The translations under genes and the position numbers were made by a program. A DNA stretch of 64,000 nucleotides, taken from Amoebidium appalachense (lineage: Eukaryota; Protista; Ichthyosporea). The stretch lies in assembly GCA_963693365.1 (NCBI GenBank), contig CAVNZM010000015.1, positions 4,285,502 to 4,349,501 of the forward strand. Direction: 5' to 3'. Under the pieces are notes generated by a model that made no database searches, was not told the DNA's origin, and saw only the letters and a program-made list of their open reading frames with translations. Positions 1-12,008 of the stretch are shown here, one piece after another. How positions within the stretch are numbered: the stretch's first letter is position 1; the number at the start of each line of letters is the position of its first letter.

Positions 1-153
1 GGACGCAAAGTTCAATTGATTATAACTTAGTAATATGTGTCGTTGCTTTGAGATAAATTTCGACCCAGTTATCGTGCCATCCACATGGGGAGGGAGGGAG
101 TGCCAGAAGAGTGGCGTCTGATGGCCGATTCAAGGGGAGGGGTTGTGGGGAGT

Positions 154-185
<32 letters not shown>

Positions 186-1065
186 GGGGGGGGGGGGGGG
201 GGGGGAGGGGGGGGGGGGGGGATGGGAAAGGGAATCGAGGTGTTATAATGGGAACTTGAACTTTAACATATCACATGCCGTCGGTTCTTTTCCATTGTTC
301 TTTTCTCTTTTCCTCTTTCTCCTTTTATTCTTTTTTTTTTCTATTTCAAGTTGCCAATGATCTAATTTGCTTTGTCTCGGTTGTGTTGTCTGTAGTCAAA
401 AATTATCTGAACAGATCAGGTTATGCCCGGTTTTTGGTTCTAGATATATTAGTAACCGTGTACGGTAGCTATAGCTAACATTAACAAAGGTGTGTTTGTC
501 TTCTGTATCACTGATGATGTACATTTCCAAGCATATGGGATCCGATCCAAAACTCATATGTGTGGGGTAAGTCGTGTGCGTGTAACAGCGGATTTACGAT
601 TGTCCAGTTTTGAGATTTAGGCCACGTAAACATCCGTTACAGACATAGGACTGCATGTGGTCCTACATACGTGGAAATGGGGTATCAAATCCCCGGGAGC
701 ATGGCTACACACGTACGACCCACCCCACAATTTTTGGGAAGTTTTGGAGGATACGCATATGGGGTTCATATTCTCTTTTCGGATTGGCCGGAGTGAGCGA
801 CCAAAAAAGTGCAATGATCTCCGGACACGTGCCAAAGGTTGAAAGAACACACAAAAGCGTACATGTCTCTCTCCTCTCCCCACGTCCCTCTTGTGTCTCC
901 TGTACAAGTACACGGGAATTTCAGGCTTCCCGCTGTACAAATATGTTAAGTTGAGTGTTGATGATTTGATGTTTTATTTGCAAGGTGCTGCTTAATGAAA
1001 AGGCATTATAGTCACGGTAACCGAATTGAATTATTTCCCCTCTTCCCCCCACCCACCCACCCCAC

Positions 1066-1098
<33 letters not shown>

Positions 1099-1456
1099 TG
1101 AAAGAAAGGAGCCTCCGGGGGGGGGGCAGGGGGGTACCACTCACCGCCTGAGGTGACCCAACAAGCTCGTAAATTCCAAAGCAGTATAAGAGGCTGTGTG
1201 TGTGTGTGTGTATATATGTGTATGTGTGTTTGTGTGTGTGTGTGTACGTGGCCCGGTGTTGCCGTAGTGTACTACCATTGCACAACTTTTGAATATTATG
1301 TGGGTGCCAAAAATGCCGGAACTTGAAGACCACAAGGCCATCCCCCCCCCCCCCCCCCCCCCTCTCCCTAAATTTTTTATAGTTTGAAGGTAAATTAAAA
1401 CAAGCTTAAGCACACAAACACTGGCACGGGCGCGCGCGCGTGCCAGTGTTTGCGCG

Positions 1457-1505
<49 letters not shown>

Positions 1506-1757
1506 ACAGCACCTGCAAGCAATTGCGACGGGGTAAAAGGGGCCTAGGAAGATCCGCAGAGGGAGAGGGGAGAGGGGGTGTCCAATTTTGGCCCGGTCTA
1601 TATTATTTGCCACCGGGGCTTTATGTGCACCGTGTCAGATTCAGTAGTAGATTTTTATTTGTAGCTGGCCCAATTTCAATTTTACATTCTGAAATAGCGA
1701 ATCATTACTAAAGTAATAGTTTGCATGCCGGACAACACAAATATTATGATGGTAGCA

Positions 1758-1798
<41 letters not shown>

Positions 1799-2059
1799 AT
1801 GCGCGTGCGCAGTGTGTGCACAACCAGCTACTAACACAGTTTTAATGCAAGGAACGAAAGCCCTATAAACTTTTTAGAGAACATCCTCTTATACACTACT
1901 TACCACCACCCGGTGATTCAGAAACCATATGCACTTGTATAATGCTTTAGTATAACCTAATAGTATAATATGTGTAGGCATAACTCTGTATGTAGGACAC
2001 AGCAGAGTACAAATCTGGAGCACCTGTTAAATGAGGCCTAAAATGGCGGCAGAGGCTGG

Positions 2060-2124
2060 CTACTTGCTGGTGAGGTTTAGAAAGCGGAAGGTTTGGTCCA
2101 GACTGGGCTTGTCCCTCCACATCG

Positions 2125-2191
<67 letters not shown>

Positions 2192-2367
2192 ATGTGCGCA
2201 CCAGCCTGCAACACGTGTGTTGTGTGTGCATAATAATCGAACCTAAATTTCACCGTGTGTATGTATCACATGTATGCGAGCAGGCACATGTGTGAGTGGG
2301 AATGTGTGAGTTTGTGCGCGCATCGCACATGCATGAGTTGAGGAATGGGGGAATGTGGGGGGAAAGG

Positions 2368-2398
<31 letters not shown>

Positions 2399-2989
2399 AG
2401 GGAACAGGGGCATAGGGTTGAACACTTAAATAAACGGGGTGGGGAATAAGGGTTGGGTATGTAAATGGGCTACCCGAAAGGTATCTGTGCATGTGTGTGT
2501 GTGCGTGTAGCAGGCAAACATACATGAATAAGCATACCCCAAGCACGGTGCTACCTTGCTTGTGAATGAGTCTAATACTAAATATGCTACATGCTTGTAT
2601 AGATGGCCGATCTGTCATGTAGCCAGCGCAAAAAAATAAAAAATAAAAAAAAAACCGGGGGGGGGGGGGGGGGGGGGGGGGGGTGGGGAGAGAAAAAAGG
2701 GAAAAAAAGAAAACGAACAAACGAACAAACAAACAAACAAACAAACAAACAAACAAAAACAGAGTAAAAATAAAGCTCGATATTACCAAAAAGTTCCCGT
2801 AAAACGACACTCTCCCTAATAAAAACCCATGAGTTGCCGGTCCCAAATGTCGACTTAAATGTTTGAGCATGATGATATTCTACAAACAACCAATTAGCAC
2901 ATGGCGTTCGTACCAAGAATAGTATGACTATGTGTCACCATTACTGGGTTAGACTTATCCAAGCATAGTACCAAAGAGGCAGGGCAGGG

Positions 2990-3032
<43 letters not shown>

Positions 3033-4971
3033 GGGAGGGAGGGTGAGAGAGAGAGAGAGAGAGCGAGAGCGAGAGCGAGAGAGAGAGGGTGTGTGTGAGA
3101 AGAGGGGGAGAGAGAGACAGAGAGACTGACAGACAGACAGAGGGAGGGACGGAGAGAATGTGTGTGTGTGTGTAAGGACACTGTCAAAACAAAAAGAAAA
3201 AAGAAGAGAAAATAAAAAGGCATACACTCACGGCCAATGGCCACACAACATACCTTCAACTTTTCCACGTCTTCATCAGGCATGCCTGCAGCCGAATGGA
3301 ACGCAATGGTGTAGCACCATTTCCATCTCGGGTCGGGCCCAAGAAGCATCGTGACCCGTGACCCGGATCTCGGGGTTGCTGTAAGCAGATAGGTGGCTGG
3401 ATCCCACGATATACCCTCATAGCTGCGATAAAAGAGGAGGCTCAGGGGTTATGGGGTACATTTGGTGTGGTGTGTGTGTGTGTGTGCGCGCGCTTGTGTG
3501 TATGTCTGTGTCGATATGTGTGTGCACGTGCAAGGGCTGACGGCCAGCATGATTTGAACCCCCCCCCCCCCCCCCCCCCCCCCAACCCCGGCCAAGGCTG
3601 TGAGACTGCGCACACACAAATTCCCACACTCACCAATCTATGAAAACCCCGAGGATTTCCCTCCCGTGCACGGCCATCACACTACGACACTCATTTTGCA
3701 CTATATATCCATTCTTAGCCCTGTCTGATACCTCGATCTATACGAAAACTTTTATAAACTGCAACAAAACTTTTGCACACATAATTAAAGCAACTTTTGA
3801 TTAGCGGCTCCAGCACTTTCTTTCCACACAGATAGACACTGTTTGGGCGCAAACATAAATTCCCACACTAGCCAATTCATGTAAACCCCAGTTTCTGCCT
3901 CACGTGCTCACGTGCACGCCATACTGTTTAATTCATAGTGATTCCACACCAAGAAAACCCTTGATTAAAGGTTTTAAATCGGTGTTAACACTTTCTATAT
4001 ACACAGATAAACACCGTCGGAAGAAAACATAAAAACATAAATTCCCGCACTCACCAATCCATGAAAAACCCCAGTTCCTCCCTCGCGTGCACGGCCATAG
4101 TGAGCCACTCTGCCACCTGAGCCTCCACGATTTTCGGGTCACAGCTCAACCGGACGATGGATTCGAGAATGTTATGGTGTAGAATGGAAGGTTCCAGCTG
4201 GGGTAGGAGAGCGCCGGTGAGAATATGTGAGAATACAATCCTAGATGGGTGTGAATATGGGGGGGGAATAAGGGAAGGGTAGGGGATGGGGGTGAAGTTA
4301 AAAATTGAAGGTTGGGGGTTGTGGGGGGTTTTTTTTTTGGGGGGGGGGGGGGGAGGGAGGGTGATGAATATGTGAGAATAAACTGCTAGGAATGGACGTG
4401 GGTGTTGAAGGAATGTCAGTATACCGGACGATAGAATCGAGATGATTCTGGTGTAGAATGGAAGGTTTCAGATGGGGTAGGTGAGGGCCGGTGAGAATAT
4501 GTGAGAATACAATCCCAGATGGGTGTGAATGGTGGGGTGGGGCCTTCAGGGTGCAATGTCAGTGTGAGGGTAAATTATATTCGCTTTAAAGGGGGGGAGT
4601 GTTTGCAATTGCTGAAAAAGTGGTAAAAAAAGAAGAAGAAGGAAGTAATTGGGAGAAAAGGACTAGAAAAAAAGCTGCAGTGAAAAGAAACCGGTCGGGA
4701 GAAGGAGTAAACATCATTATCGAAACAGAGATGATGCATGTGGTGCAGTGAAAAAGAAGTATTTGGGAGAGAAGGAAACATCATTACCGAAACAGAGATG
4801 ACGCGTGGGGTGGGGCCTTCAGGGTGCAATGCCATCGTGAGGGTAAAATATTCGTTTTCGAGGGTGGTAGTGTTTGCTATTGTCAGTCGGGTGGAGAGGC
4901 TGCGGTTGGGCTCGTATTGCTGCATGCGTGACGGGTAGATGGTTTCTGACTGCGACATGTGTTGATCCAGG

Positions 4972-5049
<78 letters not shown>

Positions 5050-5072
5050 ATGTATTGTTGTGTTGTGTTGTG

Positions 5073-5125
<53 letters not shown>

Positions 5126-5420
5126 GTGTTATATGGCGTGAGCGAGGTAAGGGGGTAGAAACAGGGATGGTGATCAGCGGTTATGTGGTTAGCATAAGCC
5201 CAAACGTGTGTGCATGTGTGTGTGTGTGTGTGTGTATGTGTGTGTGTGTGTATGTGTGCATGTATTGTTGTGTTGTGTTGTGTGTGTGTTGTGTTAGTAT
5301 GGCGTGAGCGAGGTAAGCGGGTAGAAACAGGGATGGTGATCAGCGGTTACGTGGTTAACAAAGCCCAAACGTGTGTGCATCTGTGTGCGTGTGCGTGTGC
5401 GTGCGTGTGTGCGTGCGCGC

Positions 5421-5458
<38 letters not shown>

Positions 5459-5758
5459 ATGTATTGTTGTGTTGTGTTGTCTTGTGTTGTGTGTGTGTGT
5501 GTGTTGTGTTAGTATGGCGTGAGCCAGGTAAGGGGATAGAAACAGGGATGGTGATCAGCGGCTATGTGGTTAGCATAAGCCCAAACGTGTGTGCGTGTGT
5601 GTGTATGCGTGTGTGCACTTGTAATATTACCGTGGGTGAAGCATGGGTGATTAAGAGCCACGTACATGGATGGACGTGTGGGTTGTGGGTGTGAGTGCCA
5701 TTTGTGTTATGGTTCTGGTGTTAATTGTGGTGGCAATTGTGGTGGTGGTGGTGGTGGT

Positions 5759-5794
<36 letters not shown>

Positions 5795-5921
5795 GGAAAG
5801 AATAATCAGCATAATCAACTGCCACAAAGAGGGCTGGTCAGAAATTCATGGATAGGGGGGGGAAACCCCCAATCTTTTTGGGTGGGGCGGGAGGTAGGTG
5901 GGGGTGGGGGTGACACACACA

Positions 5922-5954
<33 letters not shown>

Positions 5955-6042
5955 GGAGGGAGGGAGAGAGAGGGAGAGGGAGGGAGGGAGGGAGAGGGAG
6001 AGGGGGGGAGAGAGAGAGAGAGGGAGAGGGAGAGGGAGAGGG

Positions 6043-6116
<74 letters not shown>

Positions 6117-6473
6117 CTCGAGAAAGAATAAGAAGGAGGGAGAGAGAAAGAGAGAACCCGGCTTCCTGAAGAGAAGGAAAAGATCATAGAGCCATGCACC
6201 GACACAGGGAGGAGAGTTGTGTGCCTTCATTTGTTTGCATGTTAGGGGAGAGATGGGTGAGACACGAGTATACGAGTGTGCACAAGCTCCTGCACACTTC
6301 TTTCTTCCTGTGCCCGGGAGAGGGCGCAGGGCGTGCCAGGGTGGGGAAGGAGGGGGAAGGAGGGGGGGGGGGGGGGGGGGTGGAGTCGGCAACCTTTGGA
6401 GTTGCTCTCGCAGGTATTCGGGCTTCTTTTGGTTTTGTTGTATGCGCTTGGCTGCTAGATCCTCAGCCTCTTT

Positions 6474-6545
<72 letters not shown>

Positions 6546-7841
6546 GAATGTGTGTTTGTGTGTGTGTTGTATGTGTGAGTGAGAGTGTGTGTGAGTGCGA
6601 GTGCGAGTGCGAGTGTGAATGTGAGTATGTGTTACACATATCAAATAATGAGTAGTGCTGCTGTACCATTGAAAAAGAAGCCACACATTTGCATGGGTTT
6701 GTTTGTGCACGTGGTTGGGGTGGGGGTATTTGGTGGAGTTCATTTACGGGCATACATTGACACAAAATATATTCATACCCAAAGATGATCAGCACTATTA
6801 ATTAAAATGGACATCAAAACTATATAATAAAAAAAAAAAATGATAATTGGCGGCATGTCTATTCATGGGGGTTGTTGCCCTGCACCATTGAAAAAAGAAG
6901 CCACACATGTGGATGGGTGTGGGCCTGTGCGTGGTTGGGGTGGGGATAACAGTGACGGCAGGGACGGTAAGGGGTTACGTGCGCGTGTGCGTGCACACAC
7001 ACACCCACACACACCCACACCTACACCCACACACATTCAGACAAACCAATTTATAGAAAAACCAACCACAATGCACATAAACACATAAAAGAATAAAACA
7101 TAAACAGACAGGGATTGCTCACTTCAAGGCTGCTGCTCGAATATCCTCCTGACATATTCTCTCCTCCACCTCCACAATCTTCCTCTTCTCTTCCTCGATT
7201 GCTTGTTCCTGTGTTTAAGGGTCCTTTCATTATGGAGAAAGGGTACAGTCTCGCCATTTTCCCCATCTTTTCTCTTCTCTACTCTTTCTTTAGCTATAGG
7301 TTTGGTTTACTGATTTCGGCGGTTGGTTGGTTCATCTTAACCCTAATTTCTGAATCTCGAAACAGATTCTCCTCAGTAAAACAGAATCACACACATACAA
7401 CGAAAACCAAAGGGAGTCCTACGTGCACGTTATCAGCCCAGAACCCTTTACATGCTTTCGTTAGAGTGTCGTCCTTGCATAGGTGTGTATGCTTTACGTA
7501 CGAGAGCCAACTCGAGTACAGTTTTCTTTTCTTTTCTTCTCCCTCCCTCCCCCCCTGCCCCTCTCCCCCCCTTTCATTTGGACATAGGCGGGTCAACATT
7601 TTCTATTAGAAACCTTGGCAAGGTATGATATATAGATGAGCCGGATGCGAAAATGAAAAGAGAGTCGCACTTGAAAGGGGTTTAAGTATCTATCTGCAGT
7701 TTGCAGCGTGTAGAAATTGTCATTAAAAAGTCCAGGAGAAATGCCTGCGTAGATGTAAAATGTGTGGCAGTCAGGGTTGGTGGGTTGCTGGGTGGGTACC
7801 TAAGTGCGTGGGTGGTGGTGGTGGTGGTGTGTGCGTGTGTG

Positions 7842-7876
<35 letters not shown>

Positions 7877-9342
7877 GGTTAGAATGCGGATCACAGTACG
7901 AAGTACAAGTACACGATGAGATATATGTTGCAGGACACAGGCACAAGCAAACATTCAAGTATGCAACACTAGCAAACACAAGCAGAATCCATCGTCAGCG
8001 AGTGCTGATGCGTGTGTGTGTGTGGGGGGAGGGGGGGGGGGGGGGGGGGAGGGGGGGGGTAGATCAAGGCTAATCATTAACATTCTGTTGTTAATCATAG
8101 GTAGTCCCACTGACGGTGCGCTTGTGTTCTCGTTTTCGTTTCAGACCTACATTAATGTGTCCGTGTTTGTGTGCGCGCGCATGTGTGTCTGTGTGGGAGG
8201 GAGGGGCCTGGGGTTGGGGGGGGGGGGGTTTTGAATGCGGAACACGGTACAAAGTACGCATACACGACGAGAAGCATGGTGCAGGACACATGCAAAGGCA
8301 AACATTCAAGTATGCAACATCAGCCATGTGCACAGTATGCGTCATAAGCAGAGCCCATCCTCAGGGAGGACCCAAGTCATCAATTGCGTCTGAGTTTCGA
8401 CCCCTTAGCCCGCGTATATACGACACTCCAACTCAGACAGCAGCATCAACTGAGCTTGGGCGGGTCAACCCGTCTTGATCAAAGACGAGGGGGGGGGGGG
8501 GGGGGGGAGGGGGGAGTATTCGTGCACGTGTTTGTGTGCATGTGGAACCCACCAGTTCTCTGGCCTCCCTTCCTATGTCATCGAATGTAAACTCTCCCTT
8601 GGGAAGTAGTTCCATTTCATCGTCCGTCAACCCGAGCTTCTTCGCTGCAAGCAACTGCTCTTCCGTGTTAGTGCTCACATTTAGGAATACGAAAAAAGAG
8701 AAGTCTTTCTCTGTCTCTCTATCTCTCTCACTTACACTCACTCCCTTTCTCTCACGCACACTCTCTCTTGCTCTTTCCATCTATCCCTTCCCCCCTCCCC
8801 TCTTGTCGGGGAGAAAAGGAATCCTTGTACATGTGCTGGTGACGAGGTGTGCCACTTCTATCCAAAAGTGGATAAAAACTCCTCTCTCTCTCTCTCTGTC
8901 TCTCTCTCTCTCTCTCTCTCCCCAATCCCCCCCTTCCTCCACCCCTTTCTGGGGCAGAAGGAATCCTTGTACATGGCGTCATGCGAGGTTTGCCTGCCCC
9001 CTTCCCCCCCTCTCCTGCTCTCGGATGGGTGCATGTGCATGGTACGTACAGTTATAGGCATCTGCAAAAACTATTGGAACAAAGGGGTGCGGATGTGTTG
9101 GTTACACTCACGCTGTGCAGATATAGAGAGGGGGTTCATGGTTGAGAGCTTGGTTCTTGTGTGCCATATGTCATATGTGTGTGTGTGTGTGTGTGTGTGT
9201 GTTGTTGGGGGGAAGGGGGGGGGGGGGGGGGGGGGGGGAGGATGCCAATACAACACAATCTAACATTTGAAAAGTTGAGAAGGTGACAGAACAGTGATCA
9301 AGCTATTAAGTTACCATTCTTCGCGGGTGTGGCGGGACAGGG

Positions 9343-9375
<33 letters not shown>

Positions 9376-10820
9376 TTTCGGGCCGCGCGATGGCCGGGAC
9401 AGAAAGAGCAAGGAAGACAGCACGTGCTTGTGTCTTAAGAGGAGGGCGCGGGGGGAGGGGGGGGAGGGGGGGGAGGGGGGATTACCGTTTGTCTGAGCTG
9501 GTCGGCAGTGGCTGCGGCCTCGCTAGCACCTGCCTCCCACTGCTCCACCCACCCAACACCTGGTGGCATAGGAATAGGAAGTGGTGAGTGGATAACGAAT
9601 GTGGACTCAAAAACAGCATGCGCAGTCGAAAATGGAAAACAAATGGAAAACTTTGGTGCACACACACGTACAAGCAAGACACGCACCAAAGCCACTAGCA
9701 CATACTTATGCTGATGGAAGGGGGTATGAGGAGGAAGTGGCGTTGGAGGTGAAGGAGGAGACGGATGAGGGGGTAGGTGGGTTGAATGGAGGGAGGGGAA
9801 GGGGGAGGGGGAGGGGGAGGGGGAGGGAAGTGAGGGGGGGTGGATTCGATGTCCAGAACGGAAGGGAAAGAGGGAACATAGCAGGAAGATGATTGGGTGA
9901 CGAAGGATGTTGAAAGGAAGAGGGGGGGGGGGGGGGGGGATGCAAAGGCTACAAATCGTCCAATCCATTTTTTGGCAGAATAAAGGGATACACACTCTCC
10001 CAAAGCCCTTGAAGAAAAGGGATGCCTACTGTTCAGAAACTCCTTGAACTAGAAGGTGAGAGTGATACATACTGTCCAGAAATTATCTGTATAATAATGG
10101 TAAATAATCGGATACACACATACTGTCCAGAAATTCCTTGTAAAATATTGGTTAAAAGGGGGATACACACGGCCCAGATACTCTTTGAACTAGAGGGTGA
10201 GAGGGATACATACTGTCTAGAAATTCCTTTTCCAGGTTTTGGAGCTCCCTCCTCAACTGACTAGCCTGCTGCTCCAGCCTGTCCTGCTCGTCCTTCCACT
10301 CTTCTGGACTCCTATCTTCAAGCTGCACCCCTGCACAAACAAGAACAGTGGTCATCTTTTCTGAACAGCGAAAAAAAAGAAAAAGGAATGTTTCTGATCA
10401 GTGAAGGAAAAAAAAAGAACGAAGCGCTTCTGGACAGCGAAGAAAAATAAGAAGAAAAGGCTTCTGGAGAGCGAAGAAAAAAAAAGAACGAAACACTTCT
10501 GAGCAGGGAAGTGACAAAAGAACGAAATGCTTGTGAGCAGCGAAGAAACACAAAAGGAACGAAACGTTTCTAGACAGCAACGAGAGAAAAAAAAAAAGGA
10601 AAAAAACGGGGAGACAATGACATGTTGCTGCTTTGTTTTGGAGGTGCGATGTGTGGTATGGTGTGTAATGCCTTTAATAAAGACCTGGGCCGGGTTGACG
10701 TAAAGGACACGAATCAATTGACAAGGAAGCGGGGCAGAATACTTCACCCTCCCTCGTGGGCACACCAGTTTCCTCCCTCCCCCTCCCCCACACACACAAA
10801 CACACCCTGGCGATCCTTTC

Positions 10821-10852
<32 letters not shown>

Positions 10853-12008
10853 CAGCACCACCATCACCCCTCCCCCGCCTTCCACCACCACTACCACCAT
10901 CCCACACACATCCAACCCTAAGAGTTAAAGGAAGCACACATCTGAGCCCCAATGATGCTGACGGGTTAGAAATAGACTAAGCAGGTGACCTCCTCCTCTC
11001 AAGGATCAAAAATGTTGTGCAAAAAACAAGCAATGTGTGTGTGTGTGTGTGTCGTTAGATGTGGCCCCAGTTACACTCACCAGTCCCGTCACCTCCCAGC
11101 AGCACATCTTCTATGACGTTGAAGAGCAGATTGTGGGGCACTACCCATTTTCGCCGTAGAGCAAAGTCCTGTGGTTTTTAGAGACCCCTTGGTCAAAACA
11201 CCAAGCAAAAAAGGGGCCTAATTTTTTCCATTCTTACTGAAAGAGCCTTAAACCTGTTGCTGTTGCTGCTACTCAAACCACTGGCCTCGCCCCCCCCCCC
11301 CCCCCCCCCCCTTTTCCCCCCCGTCCTCCCACCCTTTCCCCATATGCACATAACCCATCCAATTCACCCTACCTGCCCGCTCCTCGAATCCTTTCTTCTC
11401 CCCCCTCCCTCCCAAACTCCCGCTCACCCCCCCCCCCCCCACCACCACCACCATTACCACCACCCGCCCTCCTCTCACCCCCTTCCCCACACGGACATGC
11501 CCCATCCACTCTCACCCCGCCTGCTCAAGTAAGACAAGTAAGACATACACACACCCCGGCCATTCCTTATACAGATGGATGAGTTTCACCTGTTGGTGAA
11601 AAAGGTTTCCATACCTGGCTTTTCTCATGCCGTTTTACAGCATCTTTTGCCTGCTTGCTATCCCCGAGAATCCTTCTGGCCTTCTCACATATAGCCACAT
11701 AGTCCTCCTCGTCTCTGTGATAATGGGTTTAGATTAACAATAGTCATACCTGTAAACCACTAGATGTTTGCAAAGATCATTACAAAAGGGCTGGCGATTA
11801 GAATATGGAGCTGGTAGCGGTGGTGGTGGTGGCGTGGGGGTTCAAAAAGCCGGAGGCGATAGCAAACGCACAGGTGCCGTGTCACATGGTGGAAACACTA
11901 GCAGCGAAGAGTGGTTATGCATATGAGAAAGGCAGGAAAATACTTCAGCGCCAATTCGGTAGCTTTCCAGAAGCCTTCCGGGTTGTAATTGGATGCCGTG
12001 TCCACCAT
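2060..12008 (-). CDS. Coiled-coil protein with putative C-terminal tandem RWD-like domain, tentatively a Zwint-1-like kinetochore protein (~450 aa)
   Basis: Minus-strand exons: 11944-12008 (ATG, uncertain), 11615-11714, 11081-11168, 10214-10330, 9486-9559, 8553-8644/8654, 8111-8146(?), 7671-7744, 7123-7208, 6394-6474, 4803-4971, 4055-4197, 3254-3422, 2060-2125 (TAG). Coiled-coil segments: EQDRLEQQASQLRRELQNLEKE and EQAIEEEKRKIVEVEER. The C-terminal part (LEPSILHHNILESIV...REELGFFMDCYEGISWDPATYLLTAT...VTMLLGPDPRW) resembles a double RWD. Exon phase between 9486 and 7744 is not fully resolved. The product assignment is much weaker than the evidence that the gene exists. Confidence 0.65.
5049..5600. 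repeat. Three tandem ~170-215 bp units (unique ~85 bp core plus TG microsatellite)
   Basis: TATGGCGTGAGCGAGGTAAG..GTAGAAACAGGGATGGTGATCAGCGG.TA.GTGGTTA..A.AAGCCCAAACGTGTGTGC at ~5132, ~5298 and ~5513. Confidence 0.9.
7878..8410 (+). repeat. Two diverged copies of the dispersed repeat family (7878-7999, 8229-8410)
   Basis: Both start with a G-run plus TT(A/T)GAATGCGGA and share GCAAACATTCAAGTATGCAACA. The second ends ATAAGCAGAGCCCATCCTCAGGG...GAGTTTCGACCC, as in 48580-48645. Confidence 0.7.
10360..10590. repeat. Degenerate ~33-35 bp A-rich minisatellite, ~7 copies
   Basis: Recurring CAGCGAAGAAAA...AAGAACGAAAC.CTTCTG units. Confidence 0.75.

Noticed and set aside
617-954. Overlapping short ORFs in repeat-free sequence
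   Set aside because: No recognisable motif or convincing splice framework.
2786-2880. Phase-0 candidate exon NIIMLKHLSRHLG...GNFL in the last intron of the minus-strand gene
   Set aside because: Frame-compatible but unnecessary, and it interrupts a plausible terminal helix; cannot be supported without cDNA.
11590-11614. 25-nt intron giving the peptide VKLIHLYKEWPG
   Set aside because: Direct splicing from 11615 to 11168 is phase-consistent and simpler, and the extra exon lacks a good in-phase donor.
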